Part shown: positions 9,181 through 17,167 of the stretch, in pieces | Position numbering within the stretch: the stretch's first letter is position 1 | How the letters are laid out: each line of letters starts with the position of its first letter | Assembly: GCA_963781585.1 (NCBI GenBank) | Contig: CAWAGQ010000001.1 | Location: forward strand, 1-64,000 | Reading direction: 5' to 3' | Length of the DNA: 64,000 nt | Source: an uncultured Gemmatimonadaceae bacterium | GTDB lineage: Bacteria; Gemmatimonadota; Gemmatimonadetes; Gemmatimonadales; Gemmatimonadaceae | Translations under genes and position numbers: made by a program | The notes under the pieces: generated by a model | The model's input: only the letters and a program-made list of their open reading frames with translations | The model's database searches: none | Told to the model about the DNA's origin: nothing

Positions 9181-11841
9181 TCAGCCCGAGGTCCGGAGTG
9201 CCTCTACCGGGCTCACGCGAGTGGCCCGGCGCGCAGGAATGTAACTCGCCACTGCGGCCACCAGCCCCAGCACCACCGCCGACCCCGTGAACGTGAGGGG
9301 ATCGCGCGGCGACACGTCGAACAGCAGTGCCACCAGAGCGCGCGTCGACAAGGCGGCACCCACCAGGCCGAGTGCGATTCCCGCGAGCGCCAGCACCATC
9401 CCCTCCCGCACGACCATCGCGCGAACGCGGCTCGGACCGGCGCCTAGCGCCGCGCGGATGCCGAACTCCGTGGTGCGTTGGGTGACCGCGTAGCTGATCA
9501 CCCCGTACAGACCGAACACCGCCAGCAGCAACGAGAGCGCCGCCAGTCCACTCAAGACGACCATCGTGAGGCGCCGCGGTGCCAGCGACGACCCGATGCG
9601 CTCGGTCAGGGTCCGCGCTTCGTAGACCGGTACCGTGGGATCGGTGGACTTCACGACTGTTCGTACCGTCGGCAGGATCCTCGACAGCGGCAGTCGGCTC
9701 TGCACCGTGAGGAACATGTTCCTGTACCAGTCGTGCTGATGCTGCGGGTAGTAGACCGTCGCGTAGGCGTGTTCGCCAAGCTCTTCCTGGCTCACGCTGC
9801 CCACCACGCCGATGATCGTGACGTCGGGTCCCTGGTTGATTCGCTTCCCGATCGGATCCTCGTTCGGGAAATACTGGCGGGCGAGTTGTGCGTCGATTAT
9901 CGCGACCGGCGCGGCGTCCCTCGCGTCGGTGCGATCGAACACACGACCGCGAAGGAGGGGAATGCCCAGCGTTTCGAAGTAGTCGCCTCCCACCGTGTGC
10001 AGATTCGCGTGGGGCGGTGCCGCATTTGGATCCGCGTCCCGGCCGATGACCCGGAACGGACTGCTGTCGTTGGTCCCGCTGAACGGCAGCTCGCTCACCA
10101 GACCCACGGCATCGATACCCGGCATGGCGCGGAGCTGGTCGAGCACCCGGTCATAGAAGAGCGTGGTCTGCCTCGAGTCCGCATAACGCGGCCCGGCCAG
10201 CGTGAGGCGCATGGTGGAGACCTGTGCACTGCGGAATCCCGGGTCCTGCGCCAGCAGCCGCGACAGGCTGCGGATCATCAGGCCCGACCCAAGGATCAGC
10301 ACCAGCGCCAGGCCCACCTGGAGTACCACGGCGGAGCCGAGCAGGCGGTGCTTTCGCGCCCCGAGCGAGCTGGTGCGGTTGGCGTCCTTGAGCGCCTCGT
10401 GGAGGTCAACGCGTCCGGCTCGCCACGCGGGAACCAGCCCGAACAACAGACCGCACGCCACGGTGGCCGCGGCGGTGAAGCCGAGCACCGCGCCATCGAG
10501 GTGCACGCTTTCCAGAGCCGGCATCTGCGCGGCTCCCGCGCGCGCGAACAGGCGGAGCAGCACGGTTCCGGTGACGACACCCAGCGCGCCCCCGCTCAAC
10601 GCGAGCACGAGGTTCTCGATCAGAAGCTGCCTGACGATCGTACCGCGTCCCGCCCCCACCGCGGCCCGCACCGCGAACTCGCGGGCGCGCACCGTGCCGT
10701 GCACCAGCTGCAGACTCGCGATGTTGGCGCAGGCGATGAGCAGCACGAAGGCCACCGCACCGAGCAGGACCAGAAGCACCGGTTGCAACTGCCCGGCGAT
10801 GCGCTCCACGAACCCCCTGGTCGAGAGGTAGAACTCGGCGCGCAGGTTCTTCGATCCGGGGTGCATCTTTTCCGCTTCGATCTCGAGCTGCGACCGGAGT
10901 TGCAGCGGGGTGACTCCGGGACGAAGAAGCACGAGCGTGGTGGTGATGAGCCGGCCGTGATTCTCGAGTGTCTGCGGCGTGACGGGGTACGGCATCCAGA
11001 CCTGTGCCGAGCGGGGATATCGAAAGCCGGGCGGTGCGATGCCGACGATCTGGTAGGAGTCGCCGCTCAACTCGATGGTGCCGCCCACGAGCGCGGAATC
11101 GGCGCCGAGGTCGCGCCAGAAGTCGTAGGCGAGCACCACCACTTTGTCCCGGCCGTTCCCGGACTCGTCGGGACGATAGAATCGCCCCAGGTAGGGCACG
11201 GTGCCGAACAGCGGGAAGAACTGCCCCATGGTGCGGGTGCCCGTCAGGCGCTGCGCCTCGCCCTGACGGCTCAGCACCAGGCTCGCCCCAACCATGCCGG
11301 CGCTCGCCTCGAAGAGATCGTTCCGCGACGTGAGCTCGAGCGTCTCCGAGGGGTCGAGCGGATCGCCGTAGAGGTTCAGGGGGACGATGTTCTCCTCGAC
11401 GAACGTCAGGCGGTCGAGGTCGCGGGCGGGAACGGGATGGAGCAGCACCGAGTTGACCGCGCTGAAGATGGCGGTGTTGGCGCCGATCCCGAGCGCCAGG
11501 GTGACTAGCGTGGCGACGGTGAAGCCCGGGCGCTTGCGGAGCTGTCGCAGCGCGAAGCGGAGGTCGCGTCCCAGAGCGTCGAGCCATTCGGTGCGGCGCA
11601 TGGTGATCTCCCGTTGCACGGCGAGCGCGTGCATGGCGGTGGCGATGCGCTTCCGGTCGCCGAACCGGGTGAGTGCGGCCCGGCGCGCCTCGTCAGGCGG
11701 TAGGCCGCGCGCGATGTAGTCGTCCACCAGACCCTGGAGATGGAAGGCGATCTCGTCGTCGACGTCGGCGCGGACGTCGTTGCCGAGGAAGCGCAGGTAG
11801 CGCCTCCAGAGCGGCTGCGGATCCGGATCGGGAGCAGGCAT
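9181..11841 (-). CDS. Duplicated orphan ABC permease (ADOP / MacB-FtsX duplicated type)
   Basis: N-terminal DVDDEIAFHL...EARRAALTRFG prefix, TLALGIGANTAIFS, LLIACANIASL, RTTEFGIRAALGA, PARRATRVSPVEALR. Confidence 0.93.
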   Translation of the reverse strand: MPAPDPDPQPLWRRYLRFLGNDVRADVDDEIAFHLQGLVDDYIARGLPPDEARRAALTRFGDRKRIATAMHALAVQREITMRRTEWLDALGRDLRFALRQLRKRPGFTVATLVTLALGIGANTAIFSAVNSVLLHPVPARDLDRLTFVEENIVPLNLYGDPLDPSETLELTSRNDLFEASAGMVGASLVLSRQGEAQRLTGTRTMGQFFPLFGTVPYLGRFYRPDESGNGRDKVVVLAYDFWRDLGADSALVGGTIELSGDSYQIVGIAPPGFRYPRSAQVWMPYPVTPQTLENHGRLITTTLVLLRPGVTPLQLRSQLEIEAEKMHPGSKNLRAEFYLSTRGFVERIAGQLQPVLLVLLGAVAFVLLIACANIASLQLVHGTVRAREFAVRAAVGAGRGTIVRQLLIENLVLALSGGALGVVTGTVLLRLFARAGAAQMPALESVHLDGAVLGFTAAATVACGLLFGLVPAWRAGRVDLHEALKDANRTSSLGARKHRLLGSAVVLQVGLALVLILGSGLMIRSLSRLLAQDPGFRSAQVSTMRLTLAGPRYADSRQTTLFYDRVLDQLRAMPGIDAVGLVSELPFSGTNDSSPFRVIGRDADPNAAPPHANLHTVGGDYFETLGIPLLRGRVFDRTDARDAAPVAIIDAQLARQYFPNEDPIGKRINQGPDVTIIGVVGSVSQEELGEHAYATVYYPQHQHDWYRNMFLTVQSRLPLSRILPTVRTVVKSTDPTVPVYEARTLTERIGSSLAPRRLTMVVLSGLAALSLLLAVFGLYGVISYAVTQRTTEFGIRAALGAGPSRVRAMVVREGMVLALAGIALGLVGAALSTRALVALLFDVSPRDPLTFTGSAVVLGLVAAVASYIPARRATRVSPVEALRTSG

Positions 11842-11851
11842 CGCCGGCTCG

Positions 11852-12196
11852 TCAGGCGGATTGGGGCGTGAAGCGCAGGATCTTGGCGACCGCGGTGACG
11901 AAGGTGTCCCAGGTGGCGGTCTCGCGCTCGAGCTGGCGCCGTCCGGCGGCGGTCAGCCGGTAGTACTTGGCGCGCCGGTTGTTCTCGGTGATCTTCCACT
12001 CCGCCTTCACCCACCCTTTGTTCTCCAGACGGTAGAGCGCCGGGTACAGCGAGCCCTCCTCGAGCTGCAGGACGTCGTCGGTGATGCGCTGGATCCACCT
12101 GGCGATGCCGAAGCCGTGCATCGGTTGCCAGCTCAGGGTCTTGAGGACGATGATGTCGAGGCTGCCCTGCAGGAGATCGACCGACGACCGGGGCAT
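11852..12196 (-). CDS. PadR family transcriptional regulator
   Basis: LLQGSLDIIVLKTL...MHGFGIARWI...EEGSLYPALYRLE...NRRAKYYRLT; start MPRSSVD with GGAG upstream. Confidence 0.95.
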   Translation of the reverse strand: MPRSSVDLLQGSLDIIVLKTLSWQPMHGFGIARWIQRITDDVLQLEEGSLYPALYRLENKGWVKAEWKITENNRRAKYYRLTAAGRRQLERETATWDTFVTAVAKILRFTPQSA

Positions 12197-12207
12197 GCGC
12201 ACTCCAT

Positions 12208-12218
12208 TAGAATGTCTA
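12208..12218. promoter_or_regulatory. Putative PadR operator TAG-N5-CTA
   Basis: tagaatgtcta (TAGA-N3-TCTA) between the -10 box and the PadR start. Confidence 0.5.
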
Positions 12219-12226
12219 GGTGAGAG

Positions 12227-12255
12227 AGTATAGCGCGCTCTTCCCGGCGTGTCAA
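12227..12255 (-). promoter_or_regulatory. Sigma70-type promoter TTGACA-N17-TATACT for the PadR-permease operon
   Basis: Near-consensus hexamers with exactly 17 bp spacing on the minus strand. Confidence 0.8.
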
Positions 12256-12359
12256 AGGGAGGGGACTCGTCCGCCCGTTGCGGGCGGCGCATATTTGTCG
12301 ATCGACCCTCCGTACAGGTTGCACGCTGCGGGTCTCTACGACGGCATCCGGAACTCACC

Positions 12360-12728
12360 ATGCCCATCGACCGCAAGGCCGCCATCCGCGCGTACAAGGA
12401 CACGCCGCGCCCCATGGGCGTCGGGGTCATTCGCAATTCCGCAAACGGGAAACTACTCGTCGTGGCCGGCCGCGATCTCCCGGGGCTGCTCAACCGCCAT
12501 CAGGCGCAGCTCCGGATGGGTGGGCACCCCAATCGTGAGCTGCAGCAGGACTGGAACGCGCTGGGTCAGGACGTGTTTCGGTTCGAGGTGCTGGATGTGC
12601 TCGTGCCGTCGGACCTACCGGACCACGACCCCGCGGACGAACTCCGGACGCTGGAGGCCCTGTGGTTGGACAAGCTGGCGCCGTTCGAGCCCGAAGGATA
12701 CCATCGCAAGCCCGGGGCTGCGCGCTGA
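12360..12728 (+). CDS. GIY-YIG-like small protein with degenerate motif
   Basis: RKAAIRAYK...MGVGVIRNSANGK...LNRH...GHPNRELQQDWN..GQDVFRFEVLD resembles short stand-alone GIY-YIG proteins. Confidence 0.7.
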   Translation: MPIDRKAAIRAYKDTPRPMGVGVIRNSANGKLLVVAGRDLPGLLNRHQAQLRMGGHPNRELQQDWNALGQDVFRFEVLDVLVPSDLPDHDPADELRTLEALWLDKLAPFEPEGYHRKPGAAR

Positions 12729-12839
12729 CCGCCGAAGGTCAAGTCGGCAAGGCCCCCAGTGGCATCTCCGTACGCCGAAGCCGCATCACCCCCATCTCAC
12801 GGGCCGGTGGGCCGGATCATCAACTCGCTCTGGTAGCCG

Positions 12840-13241
12840 TCAACCCACCTGGCTGGCTCGCGAAACGGAGACTTTCTCGAAGACGTAGCAGGCTCCGACG
12901 CCGATCGCGTACGACAGGATGTCGTACGGATCGAACGTGCCGCGAAACAGCCCATGCGGCCACCAGATCTGACTCAGTTCGGTGAGCGTACTGCCGCCGA
13001 AGAGAAGCAGCGCGGCCCGCTCCGGCGTGGTCGCAAAGAAGCGGCCGAGCGTACTCGGCCCTCGCGACCCGGTCAGGCCCCTGAGCCCGATGTACAACCA
13101 CGCGGGGCAGGCGAGGTCGGCGGCGTGGTTGGTCAGAAAGCCGGCCGAAATTCGCTGAATACCGAGGAAGGCGGTGACGAGAAAGACGACCGTCAGTATC
13201 CAATAGGCGACGGTCCACGCCGTCCTGGCCGTGCGGGACAT
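12840..13241 (-). CDS. Small membrane protein (DUF2809/VanZ-like)
   Basis: About 4 hydrophobic segments; TELSQ...GTFDPYDILSYAIG motif; start could be 13265. Confidence 0.6.
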   Translation of the reverse strand: MSRTARTAWTVAYWILTVVFLVTAFLGIQRISAGFLTNHAADLACPAWLYIGLRGLTGSRGPSTLGRFFATTPERAALLLFGGSTLTELSQIWWPHGLFRGTFDPYDILSYAIGVGACYVFEKVSVSRASQVG

Positions 13242-13494
13242 GGAATCGCGCGCGAGAGTCTGCATGACGCAACCATCCTTCGGCGCGGCGGCTCTCCTTC
13301 GACACCGACCGGGCCCGCCGCTGGGAGGACATGGTTGTACCGTGCGCCGGTTCCGCGCGCAAGCGTTCGGTACCCGGCGCGCAGTCGGCCTCGAGCGCCA
13401 GGGCCCACGCAGAGATTGCCGTGTGCGGCGGTGCGAGGTGGAGACGGCCCGGCCCGTGCTGATCGAGCGCGAGCCGTCACCCGGATTCCGGCGC

Positions 13495-14067
13495 TCAATG
13501 CACCGTCAGATTTCCTGAGGTGATTCCCGCGCCGTCGTTCCCCCAGAGGTGCAGCGCGCAATAGTCGGCGGACGTCGCGATCCCGCCGCTCCCCTCGAAG
13601 CCGAGGAACGTCGTGCGATCGGGCTCGCCGCTTCCACCGGGCGAACGGTCTGCCACGCGAAACCACACGTCATGCCCCACTCGGTGGATTTCCTGGGTGC
13701 CGTCGTACGCTGCCCGGGTGGACGAGTTGCGAGTGATGACCGCCCCGATCCACGCGCGTTTGAGCGCGTTGTCGACGTACAGACAGGTCACCCGGCCGGC
13801 GAAGTCGATCGTCCCGGCGCTGGTAGGGGCGAAGAACGTGAACTCTCCCGACGACGCCCCGTTCCTGTCGGTCCTGCCGTTCAGGTTGTACGCACCGTAG
13901 ATGGGCGTGGATGCTCCGATGTTCGCGACGTAGTCGCCGGTCACCAGTGCGGTGTTGCCGTTCCCCGAAAGCTGGAGCGATGGGGCCATCGGCGGGGGCG
14001 ACGTCTGGTCACAGGCGGCCACGAGCGACAGAGAGAGGAACGCGGTGCAGTAACCGATGATTCGCAT
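13495..14067 (-). CDS. Hypothetical lipoprotein
   Basis: Lipobox LVAAC; GAGG RBS; beta-rich body. Confidence 0.7.
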   Translation of the reverse strand: MRIIGYCTAFLSLSLVAACDQTSPPPMAPSLQLSGNGNTALVTGDYVANIGASTPIYGAYNLNGRTDRNGASSGEFTFFAPTSAGTIDFAGRVTCLYVDNALKRAWIGAVITRNSSTRAAYDGTQEIHRVGHDVWFRVADRSPGGSGEPDRTTFLGFEGSGGIATSADYCALHLWGNDGAGITSGNLTVH

Positions 14068-14215
14068 GTCTGAGCCTCGAAAGGGCAGGAGTCATCTCAC
14101 TATGCCCACTCGGGGACGGGCCGTCTTGTACGCCACTCATGGCCTTGTCTGAAACGAGCCTCGCCTTGGTCGGCCTGCCGCCGGAGCGGCCCGGGGACGA
14201 ACCGACGCTCGCGGA

Positions 14216-15106
14216 TCAGCGTCCCTTGTCGTTAGGCGACACTCGGTCGTGGACCGGACCGGTCGCGGTGCGGCGACGCGCGCGCCGGTACGCCGCCGGC
14301 GTGGCGCCGGTCATCCGCCTGAACGCCCGGGTGAGGTGCGCCTGGTCGGCAAACCCCGCTTCGGCGGCGATCAGCGAGATCGAGTCGTCGGACGCGACCA
14401 GTCGGTCGGCGGCCCAGTCGACGCGCAGGCGCCTCACGTATGTCGCCACCGGGACGCGATGAACCCGACGGAAGACGGCCGCGAGATGCGCCGGGTGCAC
14501 TCCGGCTGCCGACGCGAGGTCGGCGATCCGAATGCCACGCCGGTAATGCTCGTGCGCATACTCGACAGCGCGGTCGAGCCACCCCGGCGCGGCGCCGCAC
14601 CCCGCGGTCGGCGCGGCCTCCAGGCGGGCCGCTTCCGCCACCAGCTCGAGGCCCAGACCCTCGACCGCCAGCGCAGTCAGGTCGTCGGGCCACAGGAGCT
14701 CACGCGCCAGTCGCCGCGCCGCCGCCGCGACCGGCGCATCGCGAAAGTGGCTGATGCGTTCGAAGAGCGCCGTGCATCGGGTCGGCCACGCTTCCCGCTG
14801 GAGATCGGGCTGGATGACAACCACGCGTGCTCCAGCGGCGGCAAAGCGGTTGGCGTGCTTTTCACACGCGGGCTCGGTGATGATCGTGCCGGGCCGGCAT
14901 TCGAACGTGCGGCGTCGGATCGCGGCACTGCTGAAGACGAGATCGAAACCTCCCTCCAGCATCACGGCGACCGTTGGGCGCTCGTGCACGTGCGCTTCGA
15001 GGAACGCGCCCGGCGGGAACCACGCGTGCGTGACCTGAAGGCTCGTGACGTCTCGCGTCACGAAACCTTCGCTGCCCATGGTGATGGGGACCGGAAGCGG
15101 CGGCAT
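14216..15106 (-). CDS. AraC family transcriptional regulator
   Basis: Cupin HVHE sensor; C-terminal LASAAGVHPAHLAAVFRR...IAAEAGFADQAHLTRAFRRMTGATP. Confidence 0.93.
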   Translation of the reverse strand: MPPLPVPITMGSEGFVTRDVTSLQVTHAWFPPGAFLEAHVHERPTVAVMLEGGFDLVFSSAAIRRRTFECRPGTIITEPACEKHANRFAAAGARVVVIQPDLQREAWPTRCTALFERISHFRDAPVAAAARRLARELLWPDDLTALAVEGLGLELVAEAARLEAAPTAGCGAAPGWLDRAVEYAHEHYRRGIRIADLASAAGVHPAHLAAVFRRVHRVPVATYVRRLRVDWAADRLVASDDSISLIAAEAGFADQAHLTRAFRRMTGATPAAYRRARRRTATGPVHDRVSPNDKGR

Positions 15107-15305
15107 GCAGCAGATGATACGGGTAAACCATCGAACCCTACAAGACGCCCGCCCGGCCTCCGCGTCGGCTCGTCACGATGGGTTACTGACGGCGGGTAAA
15201 GGATGCTCCCACGAAGTACAACCCCACGAAGTCAGCCAGCGGCCGGTCCATTGAACGCTGCCGCGCCCGCACGAAGCGAGTCGCTCGCCGCCACCTGCCG
15301 CCTCG

Positions 15306-16844
15306 CTATCGCCGCAGTCGCGTGCGCGTCCACACCAGAATCGAACCGCACCCGTTGTGGCGGTCGTACTGGGCCGGGATCGTTCCCAGGCCCGAGTAGA
15401 TCTCCACCGCCTCCACCTCGTCGGCAGTGATGTACTGTTCCGGCGACCCGAAGTACGAGTCGTCGTTCCACAGCAGTGGCATCCCGTCGATGAAGTAGGT
15501 TGGTCGGCAGCGATCGCCGCCGGATCCTCCAAGCACCGCAAGCAAGGTGGAGCCGCGCATGGTGTAGATTCTGTTCCCGCGGATGTATTCCGGCATGAGC
15601 CCCGGTGCCTTGCGAAGCACATCGCCGAGGTCGAAGGGCGCGTCCTTCATGAACTGATCGCGCGTCAGATAGTGCCCCATGCCGGATCGCATCCGGTCGT
15701 TGAGCCCGACGCGATCACGACTCGGCGCACGCCCCACGATCTTGGTCGCGGCCAGAACCACCGCGTTGCGGTCGAGCACGACGTCCACGTCGCGTGCCGC
15801 GTCGGTCCGGAGCGCGACGATCCGGCTCGCCGGAGCGAATCCCACCGCCCGGATCTGCAGCGTGACCGATCCGGCGGGGATTCCGATCAGCCGTGCCACG
15901 CCCGTGGCATCGGTGTGCGCCGATTGCGCGATGCCCAGCACCGACACCTCGGCGCTCACCGCCGGTCGCGACGCAATGTCCAGCACGTGCGCGATCAGTC
16001 GCGCGCTCCCACCCGACTGAGCCGGGAGCGAATCGACTGCAACCGAATCGGCCGCCCGCACATCCGCACGTGCCGCGGTGTCGCGCTTGCTGATCTCGAG
16101 CGCCAGCACGGCAAACGGTTCATCGCGCATGTGGTACTCGATGGTTCCGGCCGCGTACTCACCGCTGCCGGCGTGAACCTCGAGCGCGATGTCCGTAGCA
16201 ACCCCGCACATCCCGAACCGACCCAGCGAGTCGGTGACGGCTGCCACGCGCTTGGGGTCGGCGGTGAGACCGTCCTTTCCCAGCAGCCACTCATTCCATC
16301 GGGCGTCAACAACGGCCCCGGCCAGCGGCTCGCCGGTATCCACGTCCCCAACCCTTCCCGCCAGGAGCCCGACCTCGGGCGCATCGGCAGAGCCACACTG
16401 CACATGGAAGATCGTTGTGCGCGAAGGCGTATCCAGCTGCAGCCTGGCGATCCCGTGGGCCGGTACGTCGATCTCGCGCAGTGGCGCGCCGATGCCGAGC
16501 GAGTCGAACGAGGGATGGAAGATCGCGAGGACCTGATGCCCGATCGGCACGCTGTCGAGGTGAAAGCGACCGCGGCCATCGGTCCGGTCGCTCGAGCCCG
16601 ATCCCATGACCACGATCTCGGCGTCGCGTAGCGGTCCGTGCGCGATCAGGCTGTCGTACACGGTACCGGAGACGCTGACGAACTGCGCCGGCGACGCCGC
16701 CGTCTGTGCAAGTGCGGGCGGGGTGTCCGAGAGCACAACAACGGCAAGAACTGCAAGGGGTCGGGCGAGGAGCCGGATCACGAAGCACACTGCGACGGCC
16801 TCAGCGGTTTGGTCAAGGGCGAATCCCCTGGCGGGGCGTTGCAC
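15306..16844 (-). CDS. Secreted protein with repeated carboxypeptidase-regulatory-like domains and a C-terminal TonB plug-like domain; start may be near 16781
   Basis: VSGTVYDS...TDGRGRF, LAGRVGD...TDSLGRF, HTDATG repeats; CRPTYFIDG...EVEAVEIYSG...CGSILVWTR plug; no barrel follows. Confidence 0.75.
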   Translation of the reverse strand: MQRPARGFALDQTAEAVAVCFVIRLLARPLAVLAVVVLSDTPPALAQTAASPAQFVSVSGTVYDSLIAHGPLRDAEIVVMGSGSSDRTDGRGRFHLDSVPIGHQVLAIFHPSFDSLGIGAPLREIDVPAHGIARLQLDTPSRTTIFHVQCGSADAPEVGLLAGRVGDVDTGEPLAGAVVDARWNEWLLGKDGLTADPKRVAAVTDSLGRFGMCGVATDIALEVHAGSGEYAAGTIEYHMRDEPFAVLALEISKRDTAARADVRAADSVAVDSLPAQSGGSARLIAHVLDIASRPAVSAEVSVLGIAQSAHTDATGVARLIGIPAGSVTLQIRAVGFAPASRIVALRTDAARDVDVVLDRNAVVLAATKIVGRAPSRDRVGLNDRMRSGMGHYLTRDQFMKDAPFDLGDVLRKAPGLMPEYIRGNRIYTMRGSTLLAVLGGSGGDRCRPTYFIDGMPLLWNDDSYFGSPEQYITADEVEAVEIYSGLGTIPAQYDRHNGCGSILVWTRTRLRR

Positions 16845-16912
16845 ATGTCATGCTGCGCACCGCGGCGAAGCCCACATGGGAGGAAGGTACCGACGCCTGC
16901 GCTGTGAATCAC

Positions 16913-17038
16913 GATGACCACCCAGGATGCGTGCCGATGACTACGCCAGGAAAGCGGGGCCATCCACCGGATGCGCACCGATGACCACGCCGCCATAACG
17001 AGTGCCGCCCGCACGATGGCCACGGATGACTACGCCAG
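16913..17038. repeat. Spaced direct repeats, core GATGACYACGCC
   Basis: 23-bp units at 16925, 16969 and 17014 (44-45 bp period), plus a partial core at 16913. Confidence 0.6.
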
Positions 17039-17167
17039 CAAGACGCGCGGTGTTCGCGAACACGAATGTTACGCCATGTATCGGGAGGTTACGTAGCGTG
17101 TCGGTGCGGTGCGCCCGCGGGTGGCATCCTGGGCACGTGAACCACCACGCCGCCAGGGAGGAGTCGT

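Noticed and set aside
13332..13465. Short ORF after GGGAGGAC (MVVPCAGS...)
   Set aside because: RBS-like sequence present, but the peptide lacks coding character or any motif.
16925..17036. CRISPR array
   Set aside because: Only three degenerate units, 21-22 bp spacers, no palindrome and no cas genes; kept as a spaced repeat.
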